NCBI RefSeq assembly: GCF_964204645.1
Contig: NC_134029.1
Location: forward strand, 6,758,001-6,822,000
From: Tubulanus polymorphus
Lineage: Eukaryota > Animalia > Nemertea
DNA length: 64,000 nucleotides
Reading direction: 5' to 3'
In this document: piece by piece, positions 50,101-64,000 of the stretch
Layout: each line of letters opens with the position of its first letter
Position numbering within the stretch: the first letter of the stretch is position 1
The notes under the pieces: model-generated
Database searches by the model: none
What the model was told of the DNA's origin: nothing
The model's input: only the letters and a program-made list of their open reading frames with translations
Made by a program: the position numbers and the translations under genes

Positions 50101-52665
50101 TCTTAAGGCAACACTTCATTATTTCGTCGTAGCCCGTTCGTTGTATTTTTCGCCGATCTTAAAATGTAATAGAAGGATGAAGAAATTGTCGGTATTCGAT
50201 GAAATCAGTATTTCAGCGCTCTCACGTTAATCCAGCCTGCGCAAAATGGCCAAATTAATCCCTCAACATGACAAATTGAAGTGCTGCAAAGCTTTTCTGC
50301 GAGAGACTCAGTTACGCATCAGTCTTATGCTGTCTCATGTAGTAGTTATAGTAGGGTAGCACACAGTGCAGTGCGACTATGATCAAGAGCTGGATTTTGT
50401 TTTCTCAACAAACTGTAAGTAGTTTCCGTTTTATACTCGACGAAACTTTATGACAAGCGCGAACTCTTGATTATTTCACCGATTCCCGGTTTATAATTGT
50501 TCATTTCTAGATGCTTTTTAGATATACGATAAACTCGACCATTCGCGATTTCGTCGACATCAAATGTTTGTTTTATTATCTCTTTTTTTTTCTATTCGAA
50601 AATGATTTCGATCTTCTATACAATTCATACACGCTCATCGCTTTGTATTTACGGTACATGACGGATCGGGACGAGCGAAACATGGTGCGCTTTTGAATTT
50701 TGAATCATGTACATTCGATTCATCACATTATTTTTATCTTGTCGACAGGTTCATCAATTTCATACTGGTGATCATGACTTCTGCTGCTGTTGTTCATTAA
50801 TTTCTGATATTGTATGTAATATGACGATACACTACGACTGTATATGATCGTGTTTTCACATGATCCCTACGACTCCTTGATTCCTTAAAAACTCCATCTA
50901 AACAGAAGATGCTTTTAAAGGAGCTTGAAACTCCTTTGAATTGAGCAAAATGCCTGAAACTCCTTCAATTTTAAGATATAGGCAATTAGAAATTTTCGTC
51001 TGTTTGTAGTTGTACAGTAGACTATCCCTAAGTCGATACAGTTGGGACCACATTTTCTTTTTTTACCCAATTTGGCAGGACTTTACAAAACTCGGTGGTT
51101 TAGGAAATGAAAATTAAGGTATCGCGCTTCTGGGGGATGAGGGATGTGAAATGTTCACATTGTCAAAGTAGTAGCCACTTCCCTATGGAGATCATGGACT
51201 GATAGGGTAAAGAGAGACCCCCATATTTTCTCGTTGAAATCATCAGCAATGCTGACGTAATATATTTGTGTCCAGGCTCTGAAATCATTCGATCACATTA
51301 ATCTGGGACAGTCTATCCTGTATATCACATGTAGCTATTGGTGTCGGCTTACGTTCACATTGTCAAATTAGTAGCCACTTCCCAATAGTGATAGGCTAGA
51401 TCACACAGGGAACCATAGAGTTAAGAGAGACCTCCATATCTTCTCGTAGATATCATCCAGCTAGGCAATGCAGACGTAACATATTTGTATCCAGGATCTG
51501 AAATCATTCGATCACGTTAATCTGGGAGGTCTATCCTGTATATCTCATGGACGCACTACTGGTGTCGTCTTATGTCGCGCACTTCCTCTCGGTCTCAGTT
51601 CTTATATCCAATTATTGACGCCGTAATAGAATCATTCTCAAGCACGATACACTCGGACTAGGGTAGTGTGTAATCGCTTAATAGACTCAATGTAGCCTTA
51701 ATTTCGGGTTGAATTCTATTCATTGTGTACTGAACTTCTTAATAATATGACTTCTTTAATGAGAAACAATTAGCTACTTTAGGAGTCGACCCTACGATAT
51801 CATGTAAACGGATTTTGGGCACACATTTTATTCGAAGCACTAGTCAATTGAGGCTGAGTGACAGTAGATGCGGTAGACACGAGGCGAAGGTCAAATTTGG
51901 TTCATCATTAGGCCCAAATCAACAATTCGAAGGCTGCTGTCAAATGAGCTCAATTTGGTCCGTGAAAATGGCAGTCTGCCATATTTTACTGCGGGTCAGA
52001 TTATTGCAGGTGAACGCAAACTCGATTCGCTTGGTCAATTTTAGTCTTGAGTCAGTGGATTATAATATGAATGCCCGTTATAGTTATAGTTATAGGCTAA
52101 AAACAATTGATACCTTGTTTCTCCGCTCTGCTGAGCTTAAAAGTTGACCCGACCGGCCGCCTATCTACCCTATACATAACTTTTAAAGAAAATCGTGATC
52201 AATTTTACCATAACATATCGCTATAGAAATGAACTATTAACAAATTTTATCATATTTTACAAAAATGACCCGGCCGCTGCGAAGAAACAAGGTATCATTT
52301 TTGTTTAGCCTTAGGCATGGGCCACATACCATGACGACACGGATCTGATCCGCGCCAGTAACCCAGATTGTGGCTTACAGCGCTGGTGGATCCTCGCTTA
52401 CCGCAGTTGGAGTCGTCCGTTGCCGCAGTAGTATACAGTTACCCAAGTTCTCGTTTTAGTCGGATAGAATTTAATACTTCATCGATTCTAGCGAGTTATA
52501 TCCTTAAGCCAGTTATTATATTTCTATAATCGTTAATAAAATTTGACCTGTCGATTCGCGATTCAGTTCTGCATTTACCTATAAATCCATATCGATCAAA
52601 AAATTGTGCATTAAGAAAAAGTAGTACGTGTCAAGTTATACGTAATGATAACACAGTGTGCTGAT

Positions 52666-52719
<54 letters not shown>

Positions 52720-55700
52720 ATTGATCTTATGAAATCGATCCTATCCATTATACATTCCTATATCTACTTATAAATGAAAAACCCGATAAAGGAATCTTTT
52801 TTGATTCGTTCGGCGACTACGTCTGTGACGAGAAGTACGCGAGATCCTGTAGGGGTAGTGATGAATAGAAGTTGAGAATGGCGGGGGCGCGGGTGGATGG
52901 GGGAGGACGGGTGTGCCGAGTGGAGAAATACGAAGAAGACAAAACGAGTGTGCTGTTACAGCGAGGAATGTTAGGGTATTGGTCCATGGTCTCTTTAGTT
53001 TAAGAGTCCATGATAAAACAGGTGGATAGACAAAGCGAATAGTAGTAGAGAGAGGGAGGGTAAACTGATTGACTGTGGGTGTGTGCAGTGAAGAAATGAC
53101 TCGAACGACGACGTTCATATTTCTCAACTATATATCTAGATATCTCGTCAGCGTTTGTTTACATCTGATCTTATACAAGAACACGCGCGCGTGTGTTTGT
53201 CAGGGGTAAAAGTATAGTTGATGATGGCGGTGTTGCGTGTCGTCGTAGGGTGTGGCTCGAAATGATGGAGACGGATCTGCCGCAAACGGCGTTGCTCGTC
53301 GATCGCTGCTGCAATACCACTGGCGAACTAATACCCGAAAATCAGGTACAATTACGCTTTCGACGGTCGGGGTTTGTTTGTAAAAGGATATATTAGATTT
53401 GCCTGGAAGCTGTATGCTGGGTAGTGATCTATCGGGCCGCTTGAATGTGCCGCCTTAAATGCGATGATTCTGGTTTGAGCTCATCGAATTCATTTGATAT
53501 GACCCTCTCTGTTTTATTAGGCTTTTGTCTTTTTCTTCTGGGGGTCATTGGTGTTTATTCATTTCTAGTTACTAGGATCGATTTCATTTATTGTTATTAT
53601 TCCACGATAAGATACCGAGAATTTATCTTCGGTGTGACGTTTTTGTCTGTGTGGTTTTAACCTGATAAACTTTCCTCCTATACATTAGGTACACGTCGAG
53701 TTATTCGTAAGGTCGCAGGCGATCCGTTAGGCCTATTTACGTTGTTTTGAAACAAAGATTTGGCCGAATTGCCGTCTCGGCACGTTTTATAGTACAGTTA
53801 AGGAGAGACTGCATTAAATTGACATTTAGGTTCTCCATCGTCGTGTCTTCTTCATACCTCTACCCTTTTATTTTACTCCCTTTCTTTTCCCACGCACTGC
53901 CTTCTCTCTCTCATCTTCCTTCTCCTCTCTCCTACCCACTACCTACATGTACTTCTCTTTCCTTTTCGGTCTCACTGTTTATCTCTCCTCCCTCTCTCCC
54001 TCTCTCATTCTCTCCCTCTGCTCTCTCCTCCCTCTCTCATTATTTCTTGTCTCTCCTCCCTCTCATTCTCCTCCCTCCCGCTCCCTCCCTCTCTCCTCGC
54101 TCTCTCTCCCTCCCTCTCTCCTCCATCTGCTTAAGTAAGTATATAGTGGCATGCGCTACTGTTGCTCTCTGTCAGATGGAATTTATCTTCATTCTAATCG
54201 ACAATAATCGATCTAATCAATGTGTCCTTGTACCGAGGCCCGTCGTCATTGCGCTTCCAACGCTATTTGACTGTAGAGACGACCTTAATTTCACTTAGAA
54301 GAAATGTTTCATAACCAGCATCGTACGTAATTCACTTTTCCATGAAGCTACGTCAATTCTTTATACTCGTCACAATGCGGCCACTATTACTTTATAGACT
54401 ACTGACATCCGCATTGTCCGAATTATGATTCCTCGAATTTCGGCACAGAAAATCTCGGAATTCGAACGTTCAGGTTCTAGCGAAAGTATTTATAGGTTTC
54501 GATTTTGCGGCTTTGTTGCGTTGCTAGGAAGAAGCCCGTTTAGCGCATTGATTTTGTTTCATAAAACTTCGAGTAAAACTGCAGGCGAAAGCAGTGCACC
54601 CGAGCAGTAGTTCGTATATAGTAGCGCGCATATAGTAGCGCGCGATCGCAAATCATTCAACGGAAAGAAACAACTGATCTCTTTTCTCTACTCTCGAAAA
54701 GGTCCTCTTTCAATTAGTAACTCGTCTTTGTTTCCATGGCAACCTATATCACATGTTTAAAGACGATTTGGTCGTATAAAAGTAAGCGTGGATTTTTCGA
54801 TCGGGTGTAATTAACGCGACCGGTCGCTTGTTGCGTCGTCGCTCGCCACGGTATCGGCGTTGCGCTGGGATTTCCAGACCTCGTCGTCGAGTTAGTCCCG
54901 GCGTCCGTAGCGCTTCGGGTTACGTAGTGTATTATCACCGTGGCAGTGCGTGTTTCGCATCGGTATTGAATTATCAGCCATACTCCCAGTGCGTGCAACC
55001 CACTAGTATTACGGAAAGCATTGAAATGCGGACACTATGTTCGACTGTGGCAATCGAGAATCCACCAGGTGTAGCTTGTGTGCATTCAGACAACAACTCC
55101 CCGGATTTCTTTTCAGATTCGATTAAAATCTATCCATAATTTCTGAAATTCTTTGAATGATGATAAGTAAAATTCACCTTATATATGAAGCTAATGATCA
55201 TCTGAGTTTGTCAAGAGTGATTTGCCTAATTTCTGATGAGGGAGGCTAAAAATCTGGATGAAAGTTCATTGAAAATGAACTAGATTTTGACAGGGTTGTC
55301 ACACTGATACGCCAGCCATCTAGTGGGATAGTTGGTGGCATGGAGTCCTCATTCTTGTTTGCTAATGACATTCTGTGGCCGAGTTTATGGCGGAGTGGTG
55401 GTTGAGTCGGTGTGTGAGAATGACACGGCGGCGTGAGACTGGAAGTTGACAGTTTCAGAATGACAGTTCACTTTGCGAGAATTGAAGTTGACACGGAGTG
55501 GGAAATTGACAGTACGAATTCGGAAGATGACAGTTTCGAAAATGAAAATGGCAGTCAACTATCAGGGCTGTCGACTGTTCCTGATTTTCGGCATTACTAT
55601 AATGACTTGATTTGTTTGATGCAGAATACAGAGAAATGTGAAAGATTTTATAGAGGGTCTACCTGTTGATTACTGATTAATTCTTCTCTCATATATTTCA

Positions 55701-58700
55701 ATAAAACTTTACTTGAAAAAAATTCAATTTGTCACTGATAGCACTTTTCAGAGGTTGGCAGCTCTGGACTTGCAATGAGAAGGGCAGTGGGATTATTGAT
55801 CCGGTATGAGATGGGAAGTTTAAACTATGCCGGAATAGAAGTTGACCGCTGCTTAAGTGGCGATCGTCAGTTTCAGTATTGAAACTGAAGGTTTAAGACA
55901 AACAAACGGTCGAACTCTACACCGTACTACACTATCTCGTTATAATCATCCGTGTTTCTTGTTTGTTTCAGATCAATTTACGTTTGATATTGGTCAGCGG
56001 TAAAACGAAGGAGTTTCTCTTCTCTCCAAACGACTCGGCTGCCGATATATCGCAGCACGTCTACGATAATTGGCCCGAAGGTACGTACAGCGCGCTCGAT
56101 TTCGAAACCTCGCAATTTCGCCCAATACCCGCCTCTGCCGTTGTGCGGAAAAATCGTAGCCAACCGCGGCGTAAAAAATGTTGGTGTCGATTTTCTCACG
56201 AGGCGGGCGCAGTTTTTGAATCATTATTCTAATCGATAAATTGCGAGAGTTTCTAAATATATGCGTTCAAATTCGCTGTGCACCGGTCACGGTATCACCA
56301 GCCCGCAATCATACGGAGACGATTTTGGCCCGGATCAGACGCGAGTCAAATTTAGCCCTCTCACTCGATGCTAAACATTGCTTTCTAAGCCAAGTGAGTC
56401 ACTGGTCTAATTTGGCACGTGCCAATAATGCTCGTGTGATTGCGGCACATTATGACATGTAGGTAGTATGAGATTTGTTGATCAGATGTTGACCAAGAAA
56501 CTTTTTAACCACCAGAATTGGAGCTCATGAATGCTCATTTTGTGAAATCATTACATGGATGACCACTCGGCCGCTACTGGCTCTGATATCAGTTTTGTTG
56601 CTAGAATTTTCCTCCATGCGAAGACAATGAGTGTATTTCACTTCAATTTCTGAGAAAAAAAGAAAAATTGCGAAGCCTTCATAACAGTTACTCGTTCTTT
56701 TTCGAAATGACCTCTTCCATAAAAGCGAGTATTCGAATATAATTACAGATAAACAGTAGGCCTTTAAATTCAGCGATTGTCCGAAAATGAACGTGTATAT
56801 CTCGCGATATCGTCGATAATGATATCTGCCAGCGATAGAGAGAGAGTGTGTTTCACCTCTGTTATCGGTGGCTAATTAATCATAAGACGTGGAATTTCTT
56901 GTTAAACAGTTATTTCGTGCTATAGCATTAATAGCCGGTCATTCACCGAGCAAATACATGTACACATACACAGTTCATGAGTATCTATTGTCTTTGAATA
57001 ACTGTCTTGGTAATTTGAGAATACGTAATCATTAATATATATATGTTATATTAGACCTGAATGTTTTCTGTATAAATACGGATTTTTATTTCCAAGGACA
57101 TCGGAAATGAATTGTGTTTGTTTATTTAGATATTTTGACCATAACAATTATTAAAAGTTAACTCGATAAAGCCTCATCTAAGAGGCTTTATTACAAAATT
57201 CATCTAAGAGGTCTTTTTTCAGAAAAATTCTGGTTGAGGGGTCCAGATAAACCCAACATAGAAATTGTTGTATTTGTTAGTATTTCCCGCGATCAGCCCC
57301 GGTATATGTATATATCGCTATCATAATATAAGCATTCAATAAACTCTATCTAAAAATAACCGTGACTCTAGCTAACAGTCAACTGAATTGTTCTAATGAT
57401 CAGTCTTTCATGTACCGGGTCTCACGAATCCACAGTTCATTGGTTCAAAATCTTTCCTTAGTTCACTTCGCCATTAACCATTGCCGGCTACTACATTCGT
57501 ACTTACTTCCTGTTCCGTCACCAGCGCTGGCTACGAATCAATCGTGTTCATAGCTGATTCTTCCTATTTACAGTTAGATATTTGCAATCTGGCACTTGGG
57601 AACGACACAGTTCATCATTGACTGGCAAAATGTGAATGAACTCTGTGTCATTCCCCGATGCTCATCGGTCAATTTCGATCAAAGGCTCCAACTACGAAAC
57701 GGCTCCGGTGCCTAACTGCGAGTATTTAGATCCGTATTGGCAATTGGGGGCAGCACCGTATTATCAAGCAGGCAACGAACGCGTTAAAGGGAAAAGAAAT
57801 TGATTTATAGCGGTGCTCACTAGGTTGAGGAACAAGAAAACTAACTTGAAAATTTATTGACGCCTCGAAAAATAACACATAACGTGTATATTGCTTGATG
57901 CTATCTACGATAAATAGTATAGGGCCTAATATAAATGAAGGATCAATAAAGTTATTTTGGATTTGAGCATATCGATAATTGAATTGACCGGCTACCAGTC
58001 TAGCCCTGATATATTGATGACGTAGTGCACACATCCTTGAAAAAATAGTCGATAAAATCTATCAAAAATAAAAATGAGAGTTATGAAATGTATTTAGTTA
58101 CAATATAAACGCCAAAATTGACAAATTGCCATTTTGAAATGCTAATATTGATGACGTATAGTGCACATTGACTCACGCAGAACCCGTGACATATAAACAT
58201 GTTACTGTAATGGTTTTCACGGATCATCCCATCCCATCCTTGTGTATATCTAAATGGAAAGATAGAAATGAAGGGTGTAGTATAATTAGTTAAGTTCGTT
58301 CAATATCATTGCGAAACAAAATTGCGGTTCTACTTTTAGCCTTCGTATGACAAACTGTCATCGCGAAATCGGAAAATTCTGCGCTGCCGTGAATTAAATT
58401 ATCAGCTTTTAACAAGCTTTTCGATCTGTTGCGGAATTTAATGCAGCCGCATACATACATGGCGCTACTTCACCCCTGGTGGCATTTCTACAGCCTCTAT
58501 TAGTGGGCCATCTAAACACCGAAAACTTAAGCGGTGTTTTTGACTTTTTACCCAGTAGATCACACGCTTAAAATCTTTCAAAACAAATTGTTACGGTTGT
58601 AGAAGGAAACACGGCTACTATACCGTTATTCAATAATGAAAATGAAAAAGTCGATCCTATGCCTGAATATTTGATAGTCTAGCTTGGGATTTTTATTGAT

Positions 58701-60603
58701 GTTCCTATTGATGTTTACACTGAAATTGTGTAACACAGTGATATATACTGTCTAGTTGCGCAGTTTCCCTCATATGACAAGGCCCCTCAAATCCTTAAAA
58801 GAGAAATAATTCGAAAATGCAATTTTGAGGGTACAAAGCCTCTCAAAATTTGAGTTTCAGCCCTGAGTAATCAATTTCATTTTGGTTGTTTTTCAGAATG
58901 GGCTGATGAACAGTTACCTCCTCATAATATATTACGGCTTATATATCAAGGTCGGTTTTTACACGGCAATGTCACATTAGGAGGTGAGTATGGACCAGTG
59001 ATATTTCGAAGGGAGTCCGCTGCAGTCGTAGTTCGAGAAGATTACAGTTCGTGAATGCTTGATTTTCATAAATGCTCTATTCGAAAAAATAAACCAAAAT
59101 AGTTTAAGAAAAACATCTTCAGAAACTCAATGTTCAATGATGTATTGTTAGTCGTTTGTATGAAACGTAATTCTTTTGTTCTTCGTATTACAGCGTTACA
59201 GCTTCCATTGGGTAAGACTACAGTTATGCATTTGGTTGCCAGGGAACATTTACCGGAACCAAATAACCAAGGTGCGTTTCGCGTAAATAAACACCCGTCG
59301 TTGTTGAGAATTATAATTATTTCAATGTCTGGCACCTGTTTTTATTCACGTGTGCCTGCGTGCGTGCCTACGCGCATGTGTGTTGTTTTGCTACATAGAA
59401 CTGGATTCTTATTCTTCAGTTCAGTTATAGAACAATAAAACGTTCAAAAGGCAACGCCTGTTTTTCAACTGCCGCCTATCACGAATTTCAACTTGAAGAC
59501 TCATAACTTGTTCACGGAATGAAACCATTTTGACGTTGGCTAGAATCTAAACGGCAGACTCCGTCTCATTCGATATCACTGTCGCCGTGAATTTTACCAA
59601 TGATTTCTTAATCATGACATTGAGGGAAAGTCTCATTAAAAAGGTCTCCGTAAAATTCACCGACACGTGACAGATTTCCAGTGTAAACCGGGTCCGAATA
59701 AGGTGGAATTAGCCGTATAATTTTATGATTGAAATATAGAGACGGCTTAGTTGCCGAGATGAGGGATAATTTCGCATTTTCTCATCGACTGAATGATCGG
59801 GTCAAACGTATACTTAGAACACGACACTCCTTCGTTTTGATTATCACGTATACAATTACCATTGGCTGTCTGTGTGTATGGTTTATTAGGCGATGACTAG
59901 TCAAAACAGAAGAGCTGTCAAATAGAGTTACATGTATCATACTAGCCGCTGACTGATTTATATAATCGGATCGATACTCCTAATAGCAAAAATGTTAGAT
60001 AAGGCAATGTTTACAGTCTGCCAAGTTACCTGGTTGTCGCAAGTCCTGATATGATCTTCTAAGACTGATCTTAAATCTAAGTGTTGATGGCAGCTGGCCT
60101 CCACTGATGTCAATCAGATTGAAATGAGAATAGCTTATCTCAAGGTCGTGTCTTAACTAATGGGGCAATCACAAAAAGCATGGTTAACTTACTAAAATTC
60201 AATTTTAGGTTAAATTTTGACAACTGGCTTCCAGGACCCAGTTCCACGGTTTTGAATTCAGATCGGGATATAAAGAGTTAACTCGTTGTAAATGTAAAAT
60301 TTTGACAACCGGCTTCTTGGTCCCAGTTCCACAGTTCTGAATTCAGATCGGGATATAACAGCTCGGGGAATTAACTCGTTGTAAATGAGCTTATTTCAAC
60401 TCGGAGTTTACTCTTCTACTCGCAATATATGTGGCACTGGGTCTTTGGTAGTTTAGGGTCTAATACAGCGTCGAGCGCGTGTTGTTGTCGAGCACTTATT
60501 GTAAGTAATTTTTACACGTTTTCAAATCGTTTTCGTTTCAGGCCAGTTGAAAAAGGACAAAAACGGAGAAAGCGCGTGTAGCAATTGTTGTACCATCCTG
60601 TGA
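47198..60603 (+). CDS. UBL3: Ubiquitin-like protein 3 (membrane-anchored ubiquitin fold), 123 aa; exons 47198-47233, 55972-56080, 58897-58983, 59194-59271, 60542-60603
   Basis: INLRLILVSGKTKEFLFSPNDSAADI, LRLIYQGRFLHGNVTLGAL.LPLGKTTVMHLVARE.LPEPN, C-terminal CCTIL CAAX box; consistent phases, 372 nt. Confidence 0.96.
51152..51570. repeat. Tandem duplication of a diverged unit of about 200-215 bp
   Basis: GTTCACATTGTCAAA.TAGTAGCCACTTCCC ... TCTGAAATCATTCGATCAC.TTAATCTGGGA occurs twice. Confidence 0.85.
52095..52310. mobile_element. Non-autonomous TIR element, paralogue of 4856-5078
   Basis: GGCTAAAAACAATTGATACCTTGTTTCT ... AGAAACAAGGTATCATTTTTGTTTAGCC. Confidence 0.75.
52670..52717. repeat. 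(AT)n microsatellite
   Basis: Perfect dinucleotide run. Confidence 0.95.
53865..54125. repeat. CT-rich polypyrimidine low-complexity tract
   Basis: Degenerate CTCT/CTCC repeats. Confidence 0.9.
57920..58190. repeat. Dispersed repeat, reverse-orientation paralogue of about 19910-20180
   Basis: Both copies carry two GTGCACTACGTCATCAATAT-like motifs and the ATTCAATTATCGATA end. Confidence 0.7.
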
Positions 60604-62328
60604 TAGTATGCAACACTGTAATAATAAACGAATCAAAGACGATGATATTTCATGACACACACAACACACACTGTTACTCGTGGCCCACCACACTCTCCTA
60701 TATCGTATTATGTATTTGTATATCTGGATTCGGCTTCATCTCCCCGACCAGTTGCGACCATTTTGAAAGATGATTATCATTGGTTCATCTTCTACCCCGC
60801 GTTGGATGGATACTCGCGATTTCGAACGCTACGCCCGATATCTGCGCGTTCCACATGGACCGGATCCGCGAGTGAATAGACATGGCGCAGTCAGTGAGGA
60901 TGAAAATGTGCAATTCTTTTTAGCGCGGCGCGTTTTTAACTCGTAACTCGTCGCATGGCTCTTTCGATCGGCTGGATTTTATGTCGTTTAAACTCGCGAA
61001 ATATTTTTATTCATAGTTTTTACCGCGGAAAAACAACCGTTGAAAACAAGCCGAAGCCTACCATTGCGAACAATGCGTCGTTCCCTATGAATAATCATAA
61101 TACACTACGTTATTTGCGTACACTATTGTTATAATTATTATTATTATTATATTATTATTAATATCGAGTTCTCTCCGGTAGATACACCATGTCAATGTCG
61201 GACGGATATAGATCAAGTAACACGACGCATTAAGAGGAAATAGCTCAGACTATCGAAGAAATGTAATGTAGTTGATATATATATATATATATACATATAT
61301 ATGAAGTAATATTGTTAAATGGTGCTGCTGGCCGGATCAAACATTTTTCAATCCGGGTCACGACAGGAGAAAGAAAGGATCGTCTGGTGTAAATATATAC
61401 GTGTAGAATTGAATTGACGCGCGGTGAAACGCCATTGAAGGCGCTCCGTAGTGTTATCAGTGTGTGTGTTTTTGGAGTAATACCGACGACGGCAATTCGG
61501 CGGCGGACGCGCGTTGCGCGATGATGATGCCGCGTAAGTCACGCGTTAACGTCGACGGAATAAAAACGCGACGAACGGTTTATTTATTGATGTCGAACGT
61601 AACCAGAAGGCGGACTGGTTTCTCGTGATAATTCGATCGAACGTCGATGATTATATACGATACGCGTTCGATCCGTGTATACGAGATATAAATAATGTAT
61701 AAAAGATTAACTGATTTATTAATTAAGACATTTTATCCAAACACACCCCACCCCATATACCCGAGTCCAACGAAAATCAGCTCACTTATATCGGGGAGGC
61801 TCTCGTGCGCCTCCCTGTTCATCTAGACGAGAACACGCATCTACGATTACATTTCAGTGTTGCCTATTGTGATGTCATATATTCATCATCGCATTCACTC
61901 CTGAGAGCATTATACTGTCTTAGCTGTAAGCCTCTCCCTGTCACGAGCGGAAAAAAAACTTGAGTATAAAACAAAACCTCATCTAAAATCGTTGTTACTC
62001 AAAAAAGATTTCTGACATAATACTGTAAATCATTTTTGGCTATAAGTCCCTGTCAATGGTCTAAATTATTAGGATTTATGGGAGATGAGAACCGTAGCTT
62101 GTAATTCACGTGACATTGGTGGAAACCTAAATGAAATAGGCTTTTAGGGCTTCTTGCCTTGTGATATGTACTTCAAATATATTTCTTTTCAAGGCGTGAA
62201 CAAATCTTTCTCAAAATTTTTTCATACCCGAATAGATCATCGAAAAACATTACGCGCACTCTTGTAACATTGATTGCAACACTGAAATGAAACGAATATC
62301 ACATAAATGAAAAACGTTTTCTTTTCAT

Positions 62329-62329
<1 letters not shown>

Positions 62330-62362
<33 letters not shown>
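62330..62362. repeat. (GAT)n microsatellite downstream of the UBL3 stop (probable 3'UTR)
   Basis: Perfect trinucleotide run. Confidence 0.9.
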
Positions 62363-62363
<1 letters not shown>

Positions 62364-64000
62364 TTGATTAATTGTGTATAAAGTTTTGTGCTGTCCTAAT
62401 ACACTGTACGTACTTGCCTCTTAGTTCATTGAAGAGGCCGACAATTGATCGATAATCATGACTTTGCCTCTGCTGTACAAATTTTTTCACACATTGATAT
62501 AATATCGAGTACTAGTGACGTGCAGGTATGTGAACGTTTCAGTGGGTGTTGAGATATTAAAAAAAGACAAATAATTGGCCTGATGATAAATGACGCTTTA
62601 TCCCCTGTACACTACTACTGTATAGTCGATTGATAAATACTAAACTAACTGTGTGGTTGTCAAGTGAATTAGTGTTTTTTTTCCATTGTGTACATCGCGC
62701 AGACCTCGTGCTCTAATGATAGTGTAATTAATGAATAACGTCGTTTACAAGGAGATTCTATAGATTTAAATAATATCCACGATAGTTTTATGTTAATATT
62801 TTAAAGAACGCTGTTCAGAAAGTACGTACGCAACGACGGTGAGTTCGGGGGCACGGGTGGAACCTGACCGGCGTATTTGTCATATTGGGAAATATTGTCG
62901 AGAATTTTTAAGTGACCTTTAAGTCTACAAATGGCAGCGCCCTTTGAACAGGTAGTAGGCCCTATAGCCATTTTCTTGTATATTCATAATGTTTGATATA
63001 CGTACGTATATTGGGAGGACAAAATTGCATAAGTACTTAACGAACAGTCGTTTATTGCATTATTAAGGTAATACATTCGGGTCTTTTGAGCGGAAGCAAT
63101 TTTGAAAGTTTATATCGATAGAGTTTGTTCAGTTGTTTTATTTCGTATTTAACATGTTCTGTTTTCAAAAGTCGAAAGTTGTAATTAATGAATAAAATGA
63201 TTAATAATGATGTATGATTGATTTATTGTATGTTCCAAAAATTCATAATAAACCGTCTTATATGAATTACAAAATCGGTAGAAATTCTTGAGTCGATAAC
63301 GGATTCTAATCACTGCGCTAGGAGGACCAACCAAAACCAGCAACCGGAAAAACGCAACTGTTTAGAATTTAAGAACATTCTTCACACCGTTCTTTTGGCA
63401 TTATTTGTGTTCGTCCTTACTTTACTCCTCCAAACTAAACCGAAGGTTATTTTCTCAAAAGAGCGAAAAAATTCTCATCGCAAACCCTAGCTAGTCGTAG
63501 ATGGAGTAAGTAGTGGTAGTGTCCATTTGGTTTGAGAACGGTGCGATTCTCTCGTAACAATGGTAGATATTGTTTTACGCTTATGTGACAATCTTGACTC
63601 AGGCAAGATTATTCTTACTATATTGTCATTATTATTGAAATGAAACTAAGGTGTAATGTGTGTGAATGTTGAGTATACGTCGATGAATTTTTATCTTGAT
63701 ATTTTAAAATGCTCTTGGTCTTGCATTAGCGCTCGGCTTGCTTTCTTTAAGCTACACTTGAGTCCCATTTGCGTTTTTAACATCAACACTGATGAATTTT
63801 TCTGCCAAGGAATATTAGAAAACCTTTCATTCATAGCATCTTATCTCTCTCTGTCGTTAATTGATTTAGGCTTTATTAAACATGAATTTAAGACGTTGTT
63901 TTGATTAAGAAGTTTTAATCTGCCATTGGGGTTTTTTCTTGATAAACTTCATGGCTCGTATCGAAGGCTTTTAAATTTTGATGATCGTGAAGAGCTGTAA

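Noticed and set aside
51220-51260. Possible hammerhead ribozyme core (CTGATGA...GAAA on the minus strand)
   Set aside because: Stem II does not pair and the core is not preserved in the second tandem unit.
53747-54298. 183-aa Leu/Ser/Pro-rich ORF
   Set aside because: Open only because the CT-rich tract lacks stop codons.

Overview
AT-rich eukaryotic (bilaterian invertebrate, probably lophotrochozoan) genomic DNA with spliceosomal introns; no prokaryotic systems, CRISPR arrays or rRNA genes. Gene models were built by hand from splice sites and exon phase. From left to right: the probable 5' end of an unidentified minus-strand gene running off the left edge; COX5A (minus, 4 coding exons); an SLC22 organic-cation-transporter-like gene (minus, 10 coding exons, one GC-AG intron); a cluster of intronless rhodopsin-class GPCRs (a near-identical divergent pair, a 5' pseudogene relic and a distant third gene); an STXBP4/Synip-like gene (minus, EF-hand-like, coiled-coil and WW regions, no PDZ found); and, divergent from it, UBL3 (plus, CAAX ending). 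Introns and intergenic DNA carry many MITE-type DNA transposons (IS3EU-like, piggyBac-like, Harbinger-like, Zator-like, Tc1/pogo-like) and microsatellites. The most notable observations are apparent gene conversion plus pocket-facing divergence in the GPCR pair, three candidate first exons giving UBL3 different N-termini, and a 74-nt optional intron that would switch the STXBP4 C-terminus. I found no clearly new biological system; these are testable leads.
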